From contig CAJBKH010000103.1 in assembly GCA_903953615.1 (NCBI GenBank), positions 1 through 33,246 on the forward strand: a stretch of 33,246 nucleotides of DNA, in the 5' to 3' direction. A program made the translations under genes and the position numbers. Under the pieces are notes generated by a model. It saw only the letters and a program-made list of their open reading frames with translations. It was not told the origin of the DNA and did not search any database. Origin of the DNA: an uncultured Bacteroidota bacterium (GTDB taxonomy: Bacteria; Bacteroidota; Bacteroidia; NS11-12g; UBA955). Shown in pieces: positions 24,990 through 33,246 of the stretch. The first letter of the stretch is position 1, and the number at the start of each line of letters is the position of its first letter.

Positions 24990-26282
24990 CTACTTTTTGT
25001 CTGTTATTTCGTATAGCTTTTCTTTGTCGACTACCTGCACAGTGCCGCCATCAATTAGCTTGTTGTTAATGGCTTCGAATGGTGCTGATACCACTTCTTC
25101 GCCAGGTTTTAAACCTTCGATTATTTTTATGTATTTGGTGTCTTGGATGCCAGTTTTTACAGCGCGTTTTACCACCTTGTTTTTAACGACTACAAATACC
25201 ACTTCTTCTTTTTCTGTTAAATTATCTTTTTTCTCTTTTAAAGTAACCGATGAGACAGGCACCGCTAAAACATTTCTCTCTGTTTTGGTATAAATGTGCA
25301 CACTTGCACTCATACCCGGACGGAATGGCATTCTGCCTTCGTTCTCATCCATTACCGCTTGATAAGATTCTTTTAAGATTAATATTTTTACTTCGTATTT
25401 TGTTACTTGGTCGGTAGAGATTGAAGCCGCAGAACTGCTCTTCGCACTATTGGCCACTTGGGTTACGACCCCTTTAAATATTTTACCTTGGTAAGCATCT
25501 ACTTCTATGCCTGCAGTATCACCATTTTTTATTCGCACAATGTCATTCTCATTCACATCAACTCTTACTTCCATTCTGCTTAAATCTGAAATGCGCATCA
25601 TTTCGGTACCGGCCATTTGTGCTGTACCCACCACACGTTCGCCTTTCTTTGAATTCAAACCAGTGATAACGCCATCTGCCGGTGCCGTTACTGTAGTTCT
25701 ATTATAATTTTTGCCAGCTTGTTGCACACCTGCTTCAACAGATTGTGTGTTGTACATAGAGGCTAAGGTTTGTTTTTCGGCTGCTTCTAATTCGGCTTTT
25801 GCCATGTTGTACTGTGCTTCAGAATTATCGAATTCTTGTTGACTGATTACTTTTTCATCAAACAATTTTTTCTGACGTTCGAAATTTTTTCTTTGCATTT
25901 CGACATTGGCTTTGGTGCGTGTTAACTGTGCTTGAATGTTAGAAGAAGTGGCTTTTGCATTGTTCAAACCTGCTTTGGCTTGGTCGAGCTGCGATTGGTA
26001 TAAGTCAGGATTAATTCTCACCAATAACTGTCCTTTTCGAACGGTGTCGCCTTCTTGTACGTATAGGTCAATAATTTCACCAGAAACATCGGGACTGATT
26101 TTAACTTCGCTCTCCGGATAAATGGTGCCACTTGCGCTTACTTCTTCGATAATATTTTGATTGGCCACTTTTTCAACTGCTACTTTAATGCCCATGTTTT
26201 TTTTGCCCGAAAGCATTATAAAAATAAGGACGATTAAGACAATGGCCGAAATGGCAATGATAATTTTTTTCTTTTTTGACAT
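24990..26282 (-). CDS. efflux transporter periplasmic adaptor subunit (HlyD/MacA-type membrane fusion protein)
   Basis: N-terminal TM anchor. Lipoyl-like SPDVSGEI..LYV.EGD.V.KGQLL, long coiled-coil hairpin, and a beta-barrel part (V.AP.DGVI, G.V..V). Confidence 0.9.
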   Translation of the reverse strand: MSKKKKIIIAISAIVLIVLIFIMLSGKKNMGIKVAVEKVANQNIIEEVSASGTIYPESEVKISPDVSGEIIDLYVQEGDTVRKGQLLVRINPDLYQSQLDQAKAGLNNAKATSSNIQAQLTRTKANVEMQRKNFERQKKLFDEKVISQQEFDNSEAQYNMAKAELEAAEKQTLASMYNTQSVEAGVQQAGKNYNRTTVTAPADGVITGLNSKKGERVVGTAQMAGTEMMRISDLSRMEVRVDVNENDIVRIKNGDTAGIEVDAYQGKIFKGVVTQVANSAKSSSAASISTDQVTKYEVKILILKESYQAVMDENEGRMPFRPGMSASVHIYTKTERNVLAVPVSSVTLKEKKDNLTEKEEVVFVVVKNKVVKRAVKTGIQDTKYIKIIEGLKPGEEVVSAPFEAINNKLIDGGTVQVVDKEKLYEITDKK

Positions 26283-26286
26283 AATT

Positions 26287-27708
26287 TTAAAGTGTTATTG
26301 TGTTGCCTCTGTAATATTCAAGAATAAGTGCTCTGAATACCAATTCGTATTTGGCTTGTAGTTCGTTTGATTGTGCTTGTAGGTAACTGTTCTTTGCATT
26401 GATGAAATCGAAGGAGGTAGAAACACCTGCATCGAATCTTTTTTGAATATAATCTAAACTCGTTTTTTGTGCTTCAACACTGTTTAAACTAGCATCGTGT
26501 TTTGCTTTGGCGGCATTGTAACTGTTCACTGCAGTATTGATGTCGTTGAGCAAAGTATTTTTTTGTTTGAGCAAATTCATGTCAGTGATTTGCTGATTGA
26601 TTTTTGCTTTTTGAATATTGTTCTGTACTTGGAAGCCATTGAAAATATTCCAACTAAAACTTAAGCCTGCACCTTGACCAATATTGTTTTTAAACTGATC
26701 GCCAAATTTGATGATTTGAGAATTGTAGTTAAACAATGGTTGTAATACGGCCTCATTCGAATTTTGTGTATAGCCTATGGTCTGGTAACCAATAGGGTTA
26801 GTATTAATGGTGTAGTTTTTTGCACTTTGAGAATACACCGTACTCACACTTCCGTATAATGTAATAGTCGGAGAGAGTAAACCTTTTGAAACTTTGGTTT
26901 GCGCATTCGCAGCTTCACTTTGTTTAACCGCTGCTTTAATTTGAGGGAGACTGTTTACGGCCGTTTCGTATATTTCTAAAACCACTGGTTCACGCGTTGC
27001 AGTTATGCCTTCGACACTTGGCACTTCGATTTCAAAGGGTTCGGCATATGGTAACTGCATTAAATTTCTAAGTGTTAAAACCGCTACATTTTTACTATTC
27101 ACAGCATTCACTAAATTTAATTGTTCGTTGGCAACCTGTGCTTTTAAGGTTAGTAAATTACTAAGGTCGGCAACGCCAGCGTCTACTTGTTTTTGTGCCC
27201 TGTCTATGCGCTGTTGGGTAGAGTTAATTTGTAATTGCGCATTGTTAATACTTTCCATGGCTTGTATGACTTGTAAGAAAGAACTTGAGATGTTGAGCGC
27301 AATTAAATTTTTGGTGTATTGTATATTTTCTTCGCTAGCCTCTTGGGTGAATTTTCTTTGTTTGATTGTATTCAGATTTTGAAAACCACTGAACAACATA
27401 ATGCCCGCATTTAAACCAAAGTTATTAGAACGGATGGTTTGGTTGATGAAGGTATTGGTGAATCTATCGACCGTTCTACCAAATTGATAGTTCTGTCCAG
27501 CACTGGCCGAAAGGGTCGGTAACAAATTGGCCTTACTTGCTTTTACATCGATAAGGGAAGATGCATTGTTTAGCATGCTTTGTTTGATGTCTAGGTTATT
27601 CGACCAAGCATAGTCAATACATTGCTTAAGTGTAAATTTTTGTGCATTGACATTGGTAGAGAGCAGACACCCTATCAGTCCTATTATTGAGAATAATTGT
27701 CTTGTCAT
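26287..27708 (-). CDS. TolC-family outer-membrane efflux protein
   Basis: Signal peptide from M22 of the ORF-track model (MTRQLFSIIGLIGCLLSTNVNAQ). Duplicated alpha-helical/coiled TolC repeat pattern (L.L..CI.YA..NN.....). 4 nt upstream of the adaptor gene. Confidence 0.9.
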   Translation of the reverse strand: MTRQLFSIIGLIGCLLSTNVNAQKFTLKQCIDYAWSNNLDIKQSMLNNASSLIDVKASKANLLPTLSASAGQNYQFGRTVDRFTNTFINQTIRSNNFGLNAGIMLFSGFQNLNTIKQRKFTQEASEENIQYTKNLIALNISSSFLQVIQAMESINNAQLQINSTQQRIDRAQKQVDAGVADLSNLLTLKAQVANEQLNLVNAVNSKNVAVLTLRNLMQLPYAEPFEIEVPSVEGITATREPVVLEIYETAVNSLPQIKAAVKQSEAANAQTKVSKGLLSPTITLYGSVSTVYSQSAKNYTINTNPIGYQTIGYTQNSNEAVLQPLFNYNSQIIKFGDQFKNNIGQGAGLSFSWNIFNGFQVQNNIQKAKINQQITDMNLLKQKNTLLNDINTAVNSYNAAKAKHDASLNSVEAQKTSLDYIQKRFDAGVSTSFDFINAKNSYLQAQSNELQAKYELVFRALILEYYRGNTITL

Positions 27709-27909
27709 ATACTGAAATGAAAGGTCGAAAATAATGGCTTGCACTTGAAGGTATTCTATTACTTCGACCAAATCGAATCAATAACGATAAAAGGGTGTTA
27801 TACTTTTAAATTGAATAAGTAATCGGTGGAAAAGTGTTGCTTGATACCCGAAAAATTTGTGTTGCGAACTACTTTGGTTTGAGTTTTTGGGATTATCTTC
27901 GCAGAGTAC

Positions 27910-30240
27910 ATGAAAATTTCATTGAATTGGCTAAAAGCCTTTGTTGACATACAAAAGACCCCTGAGGAAATTGAACAAATACTGACGGGTACAGGACTTG
28001 AAGTAGAACATTACGAAACCATAGAATCTATCAAAGGTGGATTGAAAGGTTTGGTGGTTGGGAAAGTTGAACAATGTGAGAAGCATCCCAATGCCGATAA
28101 ATTAAGTTTAACAAAAGTAGACATTGGAACAGGTGAGTTGTTGTCTATTGTTTGTGGAGCGCCCAATGTGGCTGCGGGTTTAAAAGTTATTGTAGCCCCA
28201 GTTGGTACCATGATTAATCCTTCAAAAGGAGAGCCTTTTCAAATCAAAAATGCAAAAATAAGAGGCGAAGCAAGCGAGGGTATGTTGTGTGCCGAAGATG
28301 AAATAGGCATGGGCGAAAGTCATGCAGGTTTGTTGATATTGCCAGAAACCTTGGCAATAGGTACGCCACTCTCAGACTATTTTAATGTAAGCAGTGATGT
28401 GGTGTTCGAAATTGGTTTAACAGCGAATAGAGGCGATGCCACTAGTCATTTAGGTGTAGCCAGAGAATTGGCCACGGTACTAAATGTTGATTTGAATAAA
28501 CCAGCACAAACAATAAAACCTGTCGCACAATTGCCAACGCTTAAAATTGTGGTAGAAGATACTGCAGCTTGCCCAAGATACTCAGGATTGGTAATGTCAA
28601 ACATTACAGTGAATGAAAGTCCTGATTGGTTGAAATTGCAATTAAAAGCCATTGGTCTTAATTCCATTAACAATGTGGTTGATGCAACAAATTATGTGAT
28701 GCATGAATTGGGTCAACCTTTACATGCCTTCGATTACAATGCAATTGCAGGTGAAGAAATCATCGTTAAAAGGGCAACGGTTGGCGAGGTATTTGTAGCT
28801 TTAGATGATAAATCATATACACTAAAAGGACATGAATTAATGATTGCCAATGTCAATGAAAACATGTGCATAGCAGGTGTATATGGTGGAAAGCACAGTG
28901 GTGTTAATAATGCAACAACAAAGGTATTTTTAGAGAGTGCCTATTTTAGTGCCGATGTGGTGCGTAAGAGCGCCAAGACCCATGGCATCAATACAGATTC
29001 GGGTTTCAGGTTCGAACGCGGTACCGATCCTGACATGACGCTGATTGCCTTAGAAAGGGTAGCCGCTATTTTGACAGAGATTGCAGGTGCTACAATAGCA
29101 TCAGAATATGTTGATGTATATCCTGAAGAATTAAAAGCTTCTGCTGTGTATCTTAGAAAAAATGCCGTTAAAAAAATAGGTGGTTTTGAAATACCTGAAA
29201 ATAAGATTGAGCAAATCTTAAAGGGTTTGGGCATCGTAGTTGCAGGTACCGATGCCAATGGATGGCAACTTGAAGTGCCTTTGTTTAAAAGTGATGTAAC
29301 GCGCGAAATTGATGTGGTAGAAGAACTCATTCGCATCTATGGTTTCGAACATATTCCGCTAAATAAACACATGCTGTTGTCTTTAAATTATAAGGCCGAA
29401 ACCAACGAGCGTTTGATGTTGAATAAAGCCAGTGATTTTTTAAGGGGCATGGGCTTTTCTGAAATCATGACCAATTCACTGGTGAGTGATAAGGTATATG
29501 AAGACAAAGAAAAATTGGTTTACATGGCCAATCCATTGAGTGCCGAAATGAATGTGATGCGCAAATCGATGTTGTATTCTGGTTTGGAAGCTATTGCTTA
29601 CAATAAAAACAGAAAGCAAAACAATACACACTTTTTCGAATTTGGTAAAACCTATTTAACGGCCAATCAACAGTATTTTGAAAAGGAAGAGTTGGCGATT
29701 TTTGCATCTGGTAATACCACCTCAGAAAGTTGGGAGCAGAAACAAAAGCCAGTAGATTATTACTTCCTTAAATCCATTGTTACCCGATTGGTAACAGCCC
29801 TGGGCGGTGACTTGAAATGTGCTGAAATAAAAATGGTAGATGAAAAAGATTTGGCGCTTTTTGATATTAAAGACGATGTGTATTTTGCAACCATTAATTG
29901 GCAAACACTGATGAGCAAAGCCGCTAATAAAGCTTTTGCCTTAAAAGCTTTGCCCCAGTTTCCAATTGTTCATAGAGATTTAAGTTTGGTAATAGATAAA
30001 GCAATAGAATTTAAAACCATTTTGGGCGTTGTTCAAAAATCGAATGTTCAAAATATTATTGATGTTAATGTATTCGATGTATACGAAGGTAAACCCCTCG
30101 AAGAAGGTAAAAAATCCATTAGCATTGGTTTTGAATTGTATGATGAAGTGAAAACCATGAATGAGAAAGAGATTGATGCCATTATGCAAAAATTGATTAA
30201 GCAATTTGAGCAAAATCTTAATGCTGTAATTAGAAAATAA
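27910..30240 (+). CDS. pheT: phenylalanine--tRNA ligase beta subunit
   Basis: MKISLNWLK start, tRNA-binding OB domain (HPNADKL....VD.G), B3/4 and B5 domains, and a C-terminal FDX-ACB domain (DVFDVYEG). 776 aa. Confidence 0.95.
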   Translation: MKISLNWLKAFVDIQKTPEEIEQILTGTGLEVEHYETIESIKGGLKGLVVGKVEQCEKHPNADKLSLTKVDIGTGELLSIVCGAPNVAAGLKVIVAPVGTMINPSKGEPFQIKNAKIRGEASEGMLCAEDEIGMGESHAGLLILPETLAIGTPLSDYFNVSSDVVFEIGLTANRGDATSHLGVARELATVLNVDLNKPAQTIKPVAQLPTLKIVVEDTAACPRYSGLVMSNITVNESPDWLKLQLKAIGLNSINNVVDATNYVMHELGQPLHAFDYNAIAGEEIIVKRATVGEVFVALDDKSYTLKGHELMIANVNENMCIAGVYGGKHSGVNNATTKVFLESAYFSADVVRKSAKTHGINTDSGFRFERGTDPDMTLIALERVAAILTEIAGATIASEYVDVYPEELKASAVYLRKNAVKKIGGFEIPENKIEQILKGLGIVVAGTDANGWQLEVPLFKSDVTREIDVVEELIRIYGFEHIPLNKHMLLSLNYKAETNERLMLNKASDFLRGMGFSEIMTNSLVSDKVYEDKEKLVYMANPLSAEMNVMRKSMLYSGLEAIAYNKNRKQNNTHFFEFGKTYLTANQQYFEKEELAIFASGNTTSESWEQKQKPVDYYFLKSIVTRLVTALGGDLKCAEIKMVDEKDLALFDIKDDVYFATINWQTLMSKAANKAFALKALPQFPIVHRDLSLVIDKAIEFKTILGVVQKSNVQNIIDVNVFDVYEGKPLEEGKKSISIGFELYDEVKTMNEKEIDAIMQKLIKQFEQNLNAVIRK

Positions 30241-30542
30241 TGGAACAATTGCTCTTAAGATTAGCGAAGGTTAAAGACCAAATAAAAGCGCTTAAATCGC
30301 AAAAGGAGCTATTGTCAATAGAGCATAAAAAAGCCTTAGGAACCATTGAAAGGTTGCAGAAATTAGTTGAAATTCAAAACAATTCTATTCGCCAATTAGA
30401 ACAGCAATTAAAAGTAAAACGAATTGCAGATCAAATGGGGAATACGGAAGCATTGTCGGCCAATGAAAACAGGGCATTGAAATACAAGATAAACGAAATA
30501 ATCAAAGAAGTTGATAAAGTAATTGCACTCATACACGAATGA
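30240..30542 (+). CDS. small coiled-coil protein of unknown function
   Basis: 100 aa, heptad-rich (LKSQKELLSIEHKKALGTIERLQKLVEIQNNSIRQLEQQLK). Its ATG overlaps the pheT stop (TAATG). Confidence 0.6.
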   Translation: MEQLLLRLAKVKDQIKALKSQKELLSIEHKKALGTIERLQKLVEIQNNSIRQLEQQLKVKRIADQMGNTEALSANENRALKYKINEIIKEVDKVIALIHE

Positions 30543-31018
30543 AAACATTTGAAACCTTTTCTCCAGAATCGAAGGTCTGGATTTACCAAGCCTCTCGCGA
30601 ATTTACAGTTGAAGAACATACCGTTTTAATGGGTATGTTAAGTCATTTTTGCAAAGATTGGACAGCCCATAATAATCAATTGAAGGCCGATTTTGATTTG
30701 GTGTACGATCGCTTTATTACTTTGGTAGTAGACGAATCGCACAACACCGCCAGCGGATGTAGCATCGATAAAAGTGTGCGCCTACTCAAGGAGATTGGCG
30801 AAAAATTCGAGATTGATTTTTTTGATAAAATGCAAATCGCTTATATGCTCGATTATGAATTTAAATTGAGCCATTTCAACGATTTGAAAGCCCTATACAA
30901 AAAGGGAGTAATCGATGATGACACCTTGTTTTTTGATATCAATATTCAAACACTAAGCGATTACGATGGTTTTGTTAAGCCATTGCAAAGCCATTGGTTG
31001 AATAATAAAGTAATGTAA
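30539..31018 (+). CDS. conserved hypothetical protein
   Basis: 159-aa ORF whose start overlaps the previous stop (ATGA). No motif I can name. Confidence 0.6.
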   Translation: MKTFETFSPESKVWIYQASREFTVEEHTVLMGMLSHFCKDWTAHNNQLKADFDLVYDRFITLVVDESHNTASGCSIDKSVRLLKEIGEKFEIDFFDKMQIAYMLDYEFKLSHFNDLKALYKKGVIDDDTLFFDINIQTLSDYDGFVKPLQSHWLNNKVM

Positions 31019-31026
31019 GTTGACGA

Positions 31027-31329
31027 TTAGATATGGCGAGCTTTAAAGCGTGCCTTTAACTCCTTCTCTTCGTCGAAAATAGCCAAAAAGTTACTAGCCG
31101 TATTGACTCTTTTGTTTAGATTTTTAACCGGTTTGCCGATAAAACCTTTGCCAAATGCTGCCGATTTTTTGCTATTTACTAAATTGTCTTTGTGCTCATC
31201 TTGTTGTTCTACACCGCGATCGTGCAGTAAAGAATTGTGCTCAAATTCATGAAATAAATAGGCCGAGTCGTGCACTGCTCCTTGCGATTTCAATGAATCA
31301 CTAATTTGAAGGTTCTGATTTTTGTCCAT
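31027..31329 (-). CDS. hypothetical hydrophilic His/Lys-rich protein
   Basis: 100-aa ORF with a full promoter about 80 nt upstream (31409-31439). No TM segment or known motif. Confidence 0.55.
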   Translation of the reverse strand: MDKNQNLQISDSLKSQGAVHDSAYLFHEFEHNSLLHDRGVEQQDEHKDNLVNSKKSAAFGKGFIGKPVKNLNKRVNTASNFLAIFDEEKELKARFKARHI

Positions 31330-31408
31330 ACTTTTTTTAGGGTTTAAAAGGATGTTCGATAGTGTTTTGTTCTTTTAGTCTCCTAACTAAAAAAACAGTA
31401 GTGTTTAT

Positions 31409-31439
31409 CAAAATTAGTATTTTATACTTAAAAATCAAA
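31409..31439 (-). promoter_or_regulatory. complete Bacteroidota promoter (TTTG-N19-TAATTTTG on the minus strand)
   Basis: Minus strand reads ATTTGATTTTTAAGTATAAAATACTAATTTTG, upstream of the ATG at 31329. Confidence 0.5.
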
Positions 31440-31706
31440 TTTTTTATTGATTGGTATGGTTAAAAGTATTTGTTTTAGAGATAAAGTTATTGATAAACAG
31501 TAATAAAATTTCCGTCAAAAAGTTAACTAGAATTTGAATGAGGGAGTCTCAAAAAAAAAAAGCAAATGCTTGCACAATAAAAAGATGACGTCCATTTTGT
31601 AATTTTTTTTCTTCTTATCCGTTTAAGGAATAAGTACCGTTTTTAGTTGTAGCATATTTAACCTTTTTATTATTGTTTACCTTTAATCAAAATCAATATT
31701 AATACC

Positions 31707-33173
31707 ATGAGAAATTTAATTTTAACGTTTTGTTTTGTGCTTTTTAGCAATTTATTATTGGGTCAGGAAAATTTTGTAGAATCCATTTATTTCGAAACAG
31801 ATGCCTCGCAAATAACGACGGATGGCAAGGCACAATTGGAACAACTTGTTGAACGCATAAAACGAAAGGATATTCAAATCATTTCGATTGTGGGTCATAC
31901 CGACAACGATGGCAGCGATGCCTATAACGACCAGCTCTCGAAACAACGTGCTCATAATGTTATTACTTTCCTTGAAAGTAATTTGAATGAATGGTCTGCC
32001 GTGCAAATAGATTACAAAGGCGAATTGTTGCCAATTCAACCCAATTTAAGTGCACATGCCAAGCAATTGAACCGAAGGGTAGAGATTTATTATATTAAAA
32101 ATAGTTTTCATTTGCCCAATGGATTTGATGTGCCCTTTCAACATTTTGAAATTAATGCCGATAGAGATACTATACTTGTTGTGAATGCAAAGGGTACACG
32201 CATCTATGTGCCTAAGCATGCTTTTGTATGCAGTAACAATAGCAAGAATGGTAAGCCAATAGATTTAATGTTTCGTGAGTATACCAATGCGGCAGAAATG
32301 GCGTTTTCGGGTATCAAAATGACCTACAAGGAAAATAACAACGAACAATATTTTAACAGCGCAGGCATGTTTGAAATTCAAGGGAGTTGCAACGGACAAG
32401 CCCTTGCGTTGTGTGAGGGTAAGTCTTTAAGGGTCGACTATGCCATTGCCAATCAAGTAAAAGACATGGCATTTTACAGATTAAATAAAGTGAACAATGA
32501 ATGGTTAAAAGCACAAGAGATACAACCCAAAAAGATTGTGAAAAAGCCTGTGGGAAAGCCAGCAAGAAGAAAGAGAAGAATAAGACGCGGTCATTTTAAA
32601 GAAAAACGCTGTCCACTTAGCTTACTATTTAGTAAAACTCAACCGTTACAAGTTCAGTCAATTAAAAGAAACGATACGGTAAAGTTTCATGGCGATGCCA
32701 AGGGTAAAAATCTAGAATTTGATAACAATGCTAATGGAAGAAATGGCACTTTGTTGGCCAGTGGAGCCGATGTTGGGCATACCTATCCAGATATTATAGA
32801 GGGCTTAAATGTGCCATCTTTTGGGGTTTACAATTGCGATCAAATCTATCAATTGCCAAGGGTTGTTCAGGTGAATGCGAAGTACAAAGATGAAAATGGA
32901 AAAGAAATTGTGAATCCGTATTTGGTGTCTTTAATCGATTTAGATTTCAATGGGGCCTTTAGTTTTGACGCCAATAACTTTAGGTGCAACCCAAATGGCA
33001 AGAATGCATTGGCCCTGTTTACAACTACAGGCGACCTGTATTTGTTGGATGTAGCAGCATTTTCTAGACTTGGTGTAAAGGCCGATGGTGATTATACATT
33101 TACGGTTACAAGGGCCAATGATAAAGTGAAAAATTCTACTGATTTAGCCAATTATTTTGGCATAAAAATTTAA
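31707..33173 (+). CDS. OmpA-family protein with an N-terminal peptidoglycan-binding domain and a large uncharacterised C-terminal region
   Basis: Signal peptide MRNLILTFCFVLFSNLLLGQ. OmpA_C-like motifs IYFETDASQI, GHTDNDGSDAYNDQLSKQRA..V, NRRVEIYY within the first ~130 aa. About 350 further residues have no recognisable motif. Confidence 0.85.
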   Translation: MRNLILTFCFVLFSNLLLGQENFVESIYFETDASQITTDGKAQLEQLVERIKRKDIQIISIVGHTDNDGSDAYNDQLSKQRAHNVITFLESNLNEWSAVQIDYKGELLPIQPNLSAHAKQLNRRVEIYYIKNSFHLPNGFDVPFQHFEINADRDTILVVNAKGTRIYVPKHAFVCSNNSKNGKPIDLMFREYTNAAEMAFSGIKMTYKENNNEQYFNSAGMFEIQGSCNGQALALCEGKSLRVDYAIANQVKDMAFYRLNKVNNEWLKAQEIQPKKIVKKPVGKPARRKRRIRRGHFKEKRCPLSLLFSKTQPLQVQSIKRNDTVKFHGDAKGKNLEFDNNANGRNGTLLASGADVGHTYPDIIEGLNVPSFGVYNCDQIYQLPRVVQVNAKYKDENGKEIVNPYLVSLIDLDFNGAFSFDANNFRCNPNGKNALALFTTTGDLYLLDVAAFSRLGVKADGDYTFTVTRANDKVKNSTDLANYFGIKI

Positions 33174-33246
33174 GTTTTAACTTATTTCTTTTTAGAAGCC
33201 TTTGCCTGGGGATTAAATGCAATGCTCTTTTGCATCCAAAAGGCAA

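Noticed and set aside
28941-29336. Long antisense ORFs inside well-supported genes (for example 28941-29336 minus in pheT, 14700-15062 minus in ruvA, 27005-27382 plus in the tolC-like gene, 24997-25293 plus in the adaptor gene)
   Set aside because: These are typical shadow ORFs opposite strongly supported coding frames. Their products are low-complexity and lack motifs, and no promoter boxes precede them.
1-33246. tRNA, rRNA or tmRNA genes, mobile elements, or a defence or toxin-antitoxin gene system
   Set aside because: No T-arm GGTTCGAAT-type motif occurs outside coding regions. I saw no transposase, integrase or recombinase, no restriction or nuclease-NTPase gene pairs, and no long flanking terminal repeats. 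The gene content looks like a core chromosome.

Overview
AT-rich chromosomal segment with clear Bacteroidota character. Many genes are preceded by the TAnnTTTG '-7' box, sometimes with a TTTG '-33' element, and there are no Shine-Dalgarno sites. Cys-lipobox lipoproteins, the DUF4290-murA gene pair and grpE-dnaJ without dnaK fit the same picture. About 36 protein genes are supported, and most are housekeeping: anmK, queA, rdgB-like, ilvE, ruvA, a UvrD/PcrA helicase, murA, grpE, dnaJ and pheT. The rest are envelope or unknown-function genes: a TPR protein, four lipoproteins or outer-membrane proteins, a TolC plus adaptor pair, and an OmpA-domain protein. The window starts inside a histidine-kinase gene. 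I found no tRNA or rRNA genes, CRISPR arrays, cas genes, transposases, integrases, or recognisable defence or toxin genes. The one locus the gene map does not explain is the 1.07-kb ORF-free gap between ruvA and the helicase gene (15115-16182). It holds a 40-41-bp tandem array built on an (AGTTTT)n core. It also holds a complete Bacteroidota-type promoter with no gene, pointing antisense into that array, repeated 12-mers, and a bidirectional terminator. This is my best candidate for an undescribed noncoding or regulatory element, but its function is inference only. Smaller protein-level oddities are a Cys-less TlpA-like thioredoxin fold, MurA with Asp at the fosfomycin-target Cys position, DnaJ with one zinc centre, an efflux operon with no pump, and an OmpA domain placed at the N terminus. 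All calls come from reading motifs by eye; no searches were run.
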